From NCBI RefSeq assembly GCF_036365525.1, contig NW_027140453.1:558001-622000 (forward strand): 64,000 nucleotides of DNA. Reading direction: 5' to 3'. The notes below the pieces were generated by a model that saw only the letters and a program-made list of their open reading frames with translations, did no database searches and was not told where the DNA came from. Shown here piece after piece: positions 60,614-64,000 of the stretch. The stretch's first letter is position 1. Each line of letters begins with the position of its first letter. A program made the translations under genes and the position numbers. Origin of the DNA: Heterodontus francisci. Lineage: Eukaryota.

Positions 60614-60940
60614 GGAGTAGATAGAGAGAAACTATAACCGCTGGTTTGGGAATCTAGGACTAAGAGGCAAAGACTAAAAATTAGAGCCAGACCTTTCAGG
60701 AGTGAAATTAGGAAACACTTTTACACACAATGGGTGGAGAGGTTTGAACTCTCTTCTGCTCACGGAAATTGATGCTGAATCAATTGTTAATTTGAAATCG
60801 GAGATGAATAGGTTTTTGTGATCCAAAATATATTCAGGGATATGGGGCAAAGGCGGGAATATGGAGTTAGATCACAGATCAGCCATGATCTCATTGAATG
60901 GTGGTACAGATTTGAGGGGCTGAATGGCCTCTTCCTTTCC
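60614..60940 (+). mobile_element. CR1 3' fragment interrupting the V segment
   Basis: FRSEIRKHFYTQ motif and CR1 3' UTR (agatcagccatgatctcattgaatgg...gctgaatggcct). Confidence 0.85.
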
Positions 60941-61059
60941 CTGTCTTTGTCTCAGCAGTTTCTGCTGACAGTGAATTCTGTATTTTGGGTAAAGAATTCT
61001 CGTGAATTCCCCACCAGATTTCAGTTTATCGCAGCTTTTATTCTCTGTTTTATTCCTAT

Positions 61060-61572
61060 CCACTTCGTCCCCTAGTCTTTGTACAATCAGCTAATGGGAA
61101 CAGTTTTTCTTTGTCTACTTTATCTAAACCTCTCTTCATTTTGTACACTTCTATCAAATCTCCCCTCAATCTCCTTTGCTCCAAGGAGAACAACCCCAGC
61201 TTCACCAACCTAACCATGCAGCTAAACTCTCTCATCCCTGGAACCATTCCAGTAAATCTCCTCTGCACCCTCTCAAGGACCCTACATCCTTCCTCAAGTG
61301 TGGTGACCAGAACCGGGCTCAGTACACAAGTTGGGGCCCAACCAGAACCTCATATATGTTGAGCATACCCTCCCTGCTTTTGTACTTTATACCTCTATTC
61401 ATGAATCCCAAGATCCCATAAGCTTTGCGAACCTCTCTCTCAATATGTCCTGCCAACTTCAAAGATCTATGCACATTAAGCCCCAGGTCCCTCTGTCCTT
61501 GAACACTCTTCAGGCCTGTGTCATTAAGTCAGTATTTCCTCTCTGTCTCCCTTCTGCCAAAATGCATCACCT
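61060..61572 (-). mobile_element. CR1 fragment
   Basis: QRRFTGMVPGM...LGLFSLEQRRLRGDLIEVYK. Confidence 0.85.
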
Positions 61573-62214
61573 GATAGCAATGTAGTTCACTGTTAACTGC
61601 CTCTGAAATGGACTAGCAAGTCATTCAGTTAAGGGAAATTCAGCATAGGTAATGAATTCTTGCCTTGTCAGTGATGTGCGCATCCCTGAATATGTGTTTT
61701 TATATAAAATGTCTCCTTCTTCATTTTTCTTTCACTGTTTTCTCACTTTGCTTCCCCTCTTTACTTCCTTCAGATCATCTGTTTTTGTATATCACAAGTG
61801 TTGGTCAAACCAGTGACGATGAACGAGCAGACTTGGGGAAATCCAGTTGTCTATTTTGTGTGGAATGGTTATGATTTTAATCTGTTTCAGAGTTAGTGGA
61901 ATTGACTATTAGGTAGATGGGTCAAGTCACTGCTGCATTGCTCAGTCAGTCTTGACAGAAGCAAGTTGGACTCAGGCTGCGGTGGAGCTCCATCCCCACC
62001 TCGTGGCTGTCATGTGTAACTACAGGCACCTGAGATTTGCAAAGTGCAATTGATAAAATAGGCATTATGAAGACATGCTTTGAAATTGCTCCGTCTTCCC
62101 ATTTTTTATCCATTGCTTCGGCTGGTGACGCTGGTGACATCGAATTAGATAGAAGATGCAGCATGGATTCAGGCTATTCGGCCCGATGGGACCATGTTCC
62201 AGACTAGCCTGGGG

Positions 62215-62484
62215 CAGATGGTGGTGTACTTGTCATGTCACTGAGCTGGTAATCCAGAGAATGGGGCTAATCTCCAGGGGACATGCGTTCGAATCCCACC
62301 AGGTCAGATGGTGGAATTTAAATTCAATTAATGAATAAATATAATTATTTCATCAGAAAATCTGCAATTGAAAGCTAGTCTCAGTTAAGGGGCCCTGTCA
62401 CCCAGCTGGCTCACTCATGTCTTTTAGGGAAGGGAATCCGCCTTCCTTACCTGGTCTGGTCTACATGTGACTCCAGACCCACAG
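62215..62484 (+). mobile_element. tRNA-derived SINE; related heads at ~9720-9830 and ~49735-49822
   Basis: Head gtaatccagag...gttcgaatcccacc and body ...ccttacctggtctggtctacatgtgactccagacccacag. Confidence 0.6.
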
Positions 62485-63230
62485 AACACAAGAAATAGGA
62501 GCAGGTGTAGACCATATATCCCATCGAGCTTGCTCCGTCATTCAATACAATCATGGCTGATCTTGGGCTTCAATTCCACTTTCCTGCCTACTCCCCATAT
62601 CCCTTGATTTCCTGAGGGATCAGAAATCCCAGCCTTAAATGTATTCAATGAAGGAGCATCCACAACACTCTGGGGTAGAGAATTCCAAAGATTCACAACG
62701 CTTTGAGTGAAGCAATTTCTCCTCATCTCAGTTCGGAATGATTGATCCCCTGTCCTGAGATTTCTCATTACCTCCTTTTTTGAAAAGCCGTGTAACATTT
62801 GTCAGCGTTCAATCCGATGGCACCATTCCTGAATCTAAGGAATTCTGGAAAATCATAGCCAGTGCCTCCACTATCTCTGCAGCTATCTCTTTTAGAACCC
62901 TGGGATGTAATCCATCTGCTCCAGGGGACTTGTCAGATTTTCATCCCTCAAATTTCTCGAACACTTTTTCTCAATTGATATGAAAATCCTTAATTTCCTC
63001 ACTCTTTTTAGCCCCCAGATAACTTCCTATTTCTGGGATGGAACTTGTGTCTTCAACTGTGAAGACAGACACAAAATATTAGTTCAATTCCCCCATTCCC
63101 CATGATAATTTCTCCTGTCTTTACCTCTAAGGGGCCAACATCAACTTTAGCTACTCTCTTACTTTTTATGTAAAAGCTCCTACCATCTGTTTTTATATTG
63201 CTGGTTAGCTTATTCTCACATTTTATTCCC
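62485..63230 (-). mobile_element. CR1 fragments (3' end plus a more 5' ORF2 piece)
   Basis: FTQSVVNLWNSLPQ and a KSPGADGLHPRVLKE-like segment on the minus strand. Confidence 0.75.
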
Positions 63231-63825
63231 ACATCCGATGAAAGAACATAAACAATGTCTTCATCCAGCCCTATCAGTATGAGGTGCTATTTCCTGCTCC
63301 CTAATGTTTTTATCCAGCATCCATTTACATATATCTGGTTATACACATCATTTATTTCTGTGTGCTAGTGAATTCCACATTCTCACCACTCTGTGTAAAT
63401 TCATTTCTTGGAGTTATTAGTGAGTATGATGTATTAATGACCTTCCCTACAAGTGCAGACATCTTCTATTCCTCTACCCTATCATATTCCTTCATAATCT
63501 TGAGCACCTCTATCAGGTCACCCCTCAGCATTGTCCTCAGCACTTCAGGTGTCGTCTAAACAAAGTATATAGAGCTGAGAATTGTGCACAGTGCTCCAGG
63601 TGTGGTCAAACCGTGGTACGGGTTGAAGAGCTGTTCGATGAACCATTATACAGGTGTGGGCAGAGACAGTGTGTGTTGTCTGTCTGGAGGTTGTGGGGAG
63701 TTAGAACATGGGCGTTCTGCCACTCGAACGGGCACTGAACAGATGCAGATCCGCATCCGATCAGCCAGGGCTGCTCTTCACCGAATGCTGGGTTAAATGC
63801 ACCCGTTTGAAGGGAGACGTGTGAG

Positions 63826-63864
63826 GGTTTTTGTCAAGGCGGCCAATGACTCTGAACCGCTGTG
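63826..63864 (-). other. 23-RSS
   Basis: CACAGCG + gttcagagtcattggccgccttg (23 nt) + ACAAAAACC. Confidence 0.93.
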
Positions 63865-64000
63865 TCCCATCACCAGCTGCACAGAAATACACCGCCTCGT
63901 CCGTGGCGTTCACACTCTCCATCGTCAGAGTGGATTTCTTATTGTCCAGAGTCCTGCTAATAACAAACCCGCTCTTAAAACCCTCTTCATACTGAGGTTC
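63865..64000 (-). CDS. TRBV: TCR beta V segment (different family), 3' part; continues beyond the window
   Basis: EPQYEEGFKSGFVISRTLDNKKSTLTMESVNATDEAVYFCAAGDG, open in the visible part; not in the ORF track. Confidence 0.88.

Overview
Vertebrate genomic DNA, most likely a shark or other cartilaginous fish. This is inferred from HE1-type V-SINEs, Deu-domain SINEs, abundant CR1/L2/Penelope elements and a GPR139/142-like receptor of the chondrichthyan-expanded type. The window is part of a T-cell receptor V-segment region with five V segments, each followed by a 23-bp-spacer RSS. Three belong to one family that closely resembles mammalian TRBV30: 10.7-11.25 kb (+, nonsense pseudogene), 58.9-59.4 kb (-, intact ORF but mutated heptamer) and 60.5 kb (-, truncated). 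One is a different Vbeta running off the right edge (-), and one is a degenerate Vdelta-like segment at 9.4-9.7 kb (+). I found no D, J or C segments. Two non-TCR genes lie among or beside the V segments, both on the minus strand. The first is the 5' part of a uromodulin/GP2-like (D8C/D10C domain) gene at 59-2730, which the ORF track misses. The second is a complete two-exon GPR139/142-like class A GPCR at 44852-49165. A conserved CTCF-like element accompanies the V cassettes. The rest is mostly LINE/SINE remnants, several minisatellites (some clearly born from retroelements) and a ~10 kb GA-rich array. Three N-gaps separate the left and right V groups, so their relative orientation needs confirmation. 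Most ORFs in the supplied track are low-complexity or retroelement artefacts.
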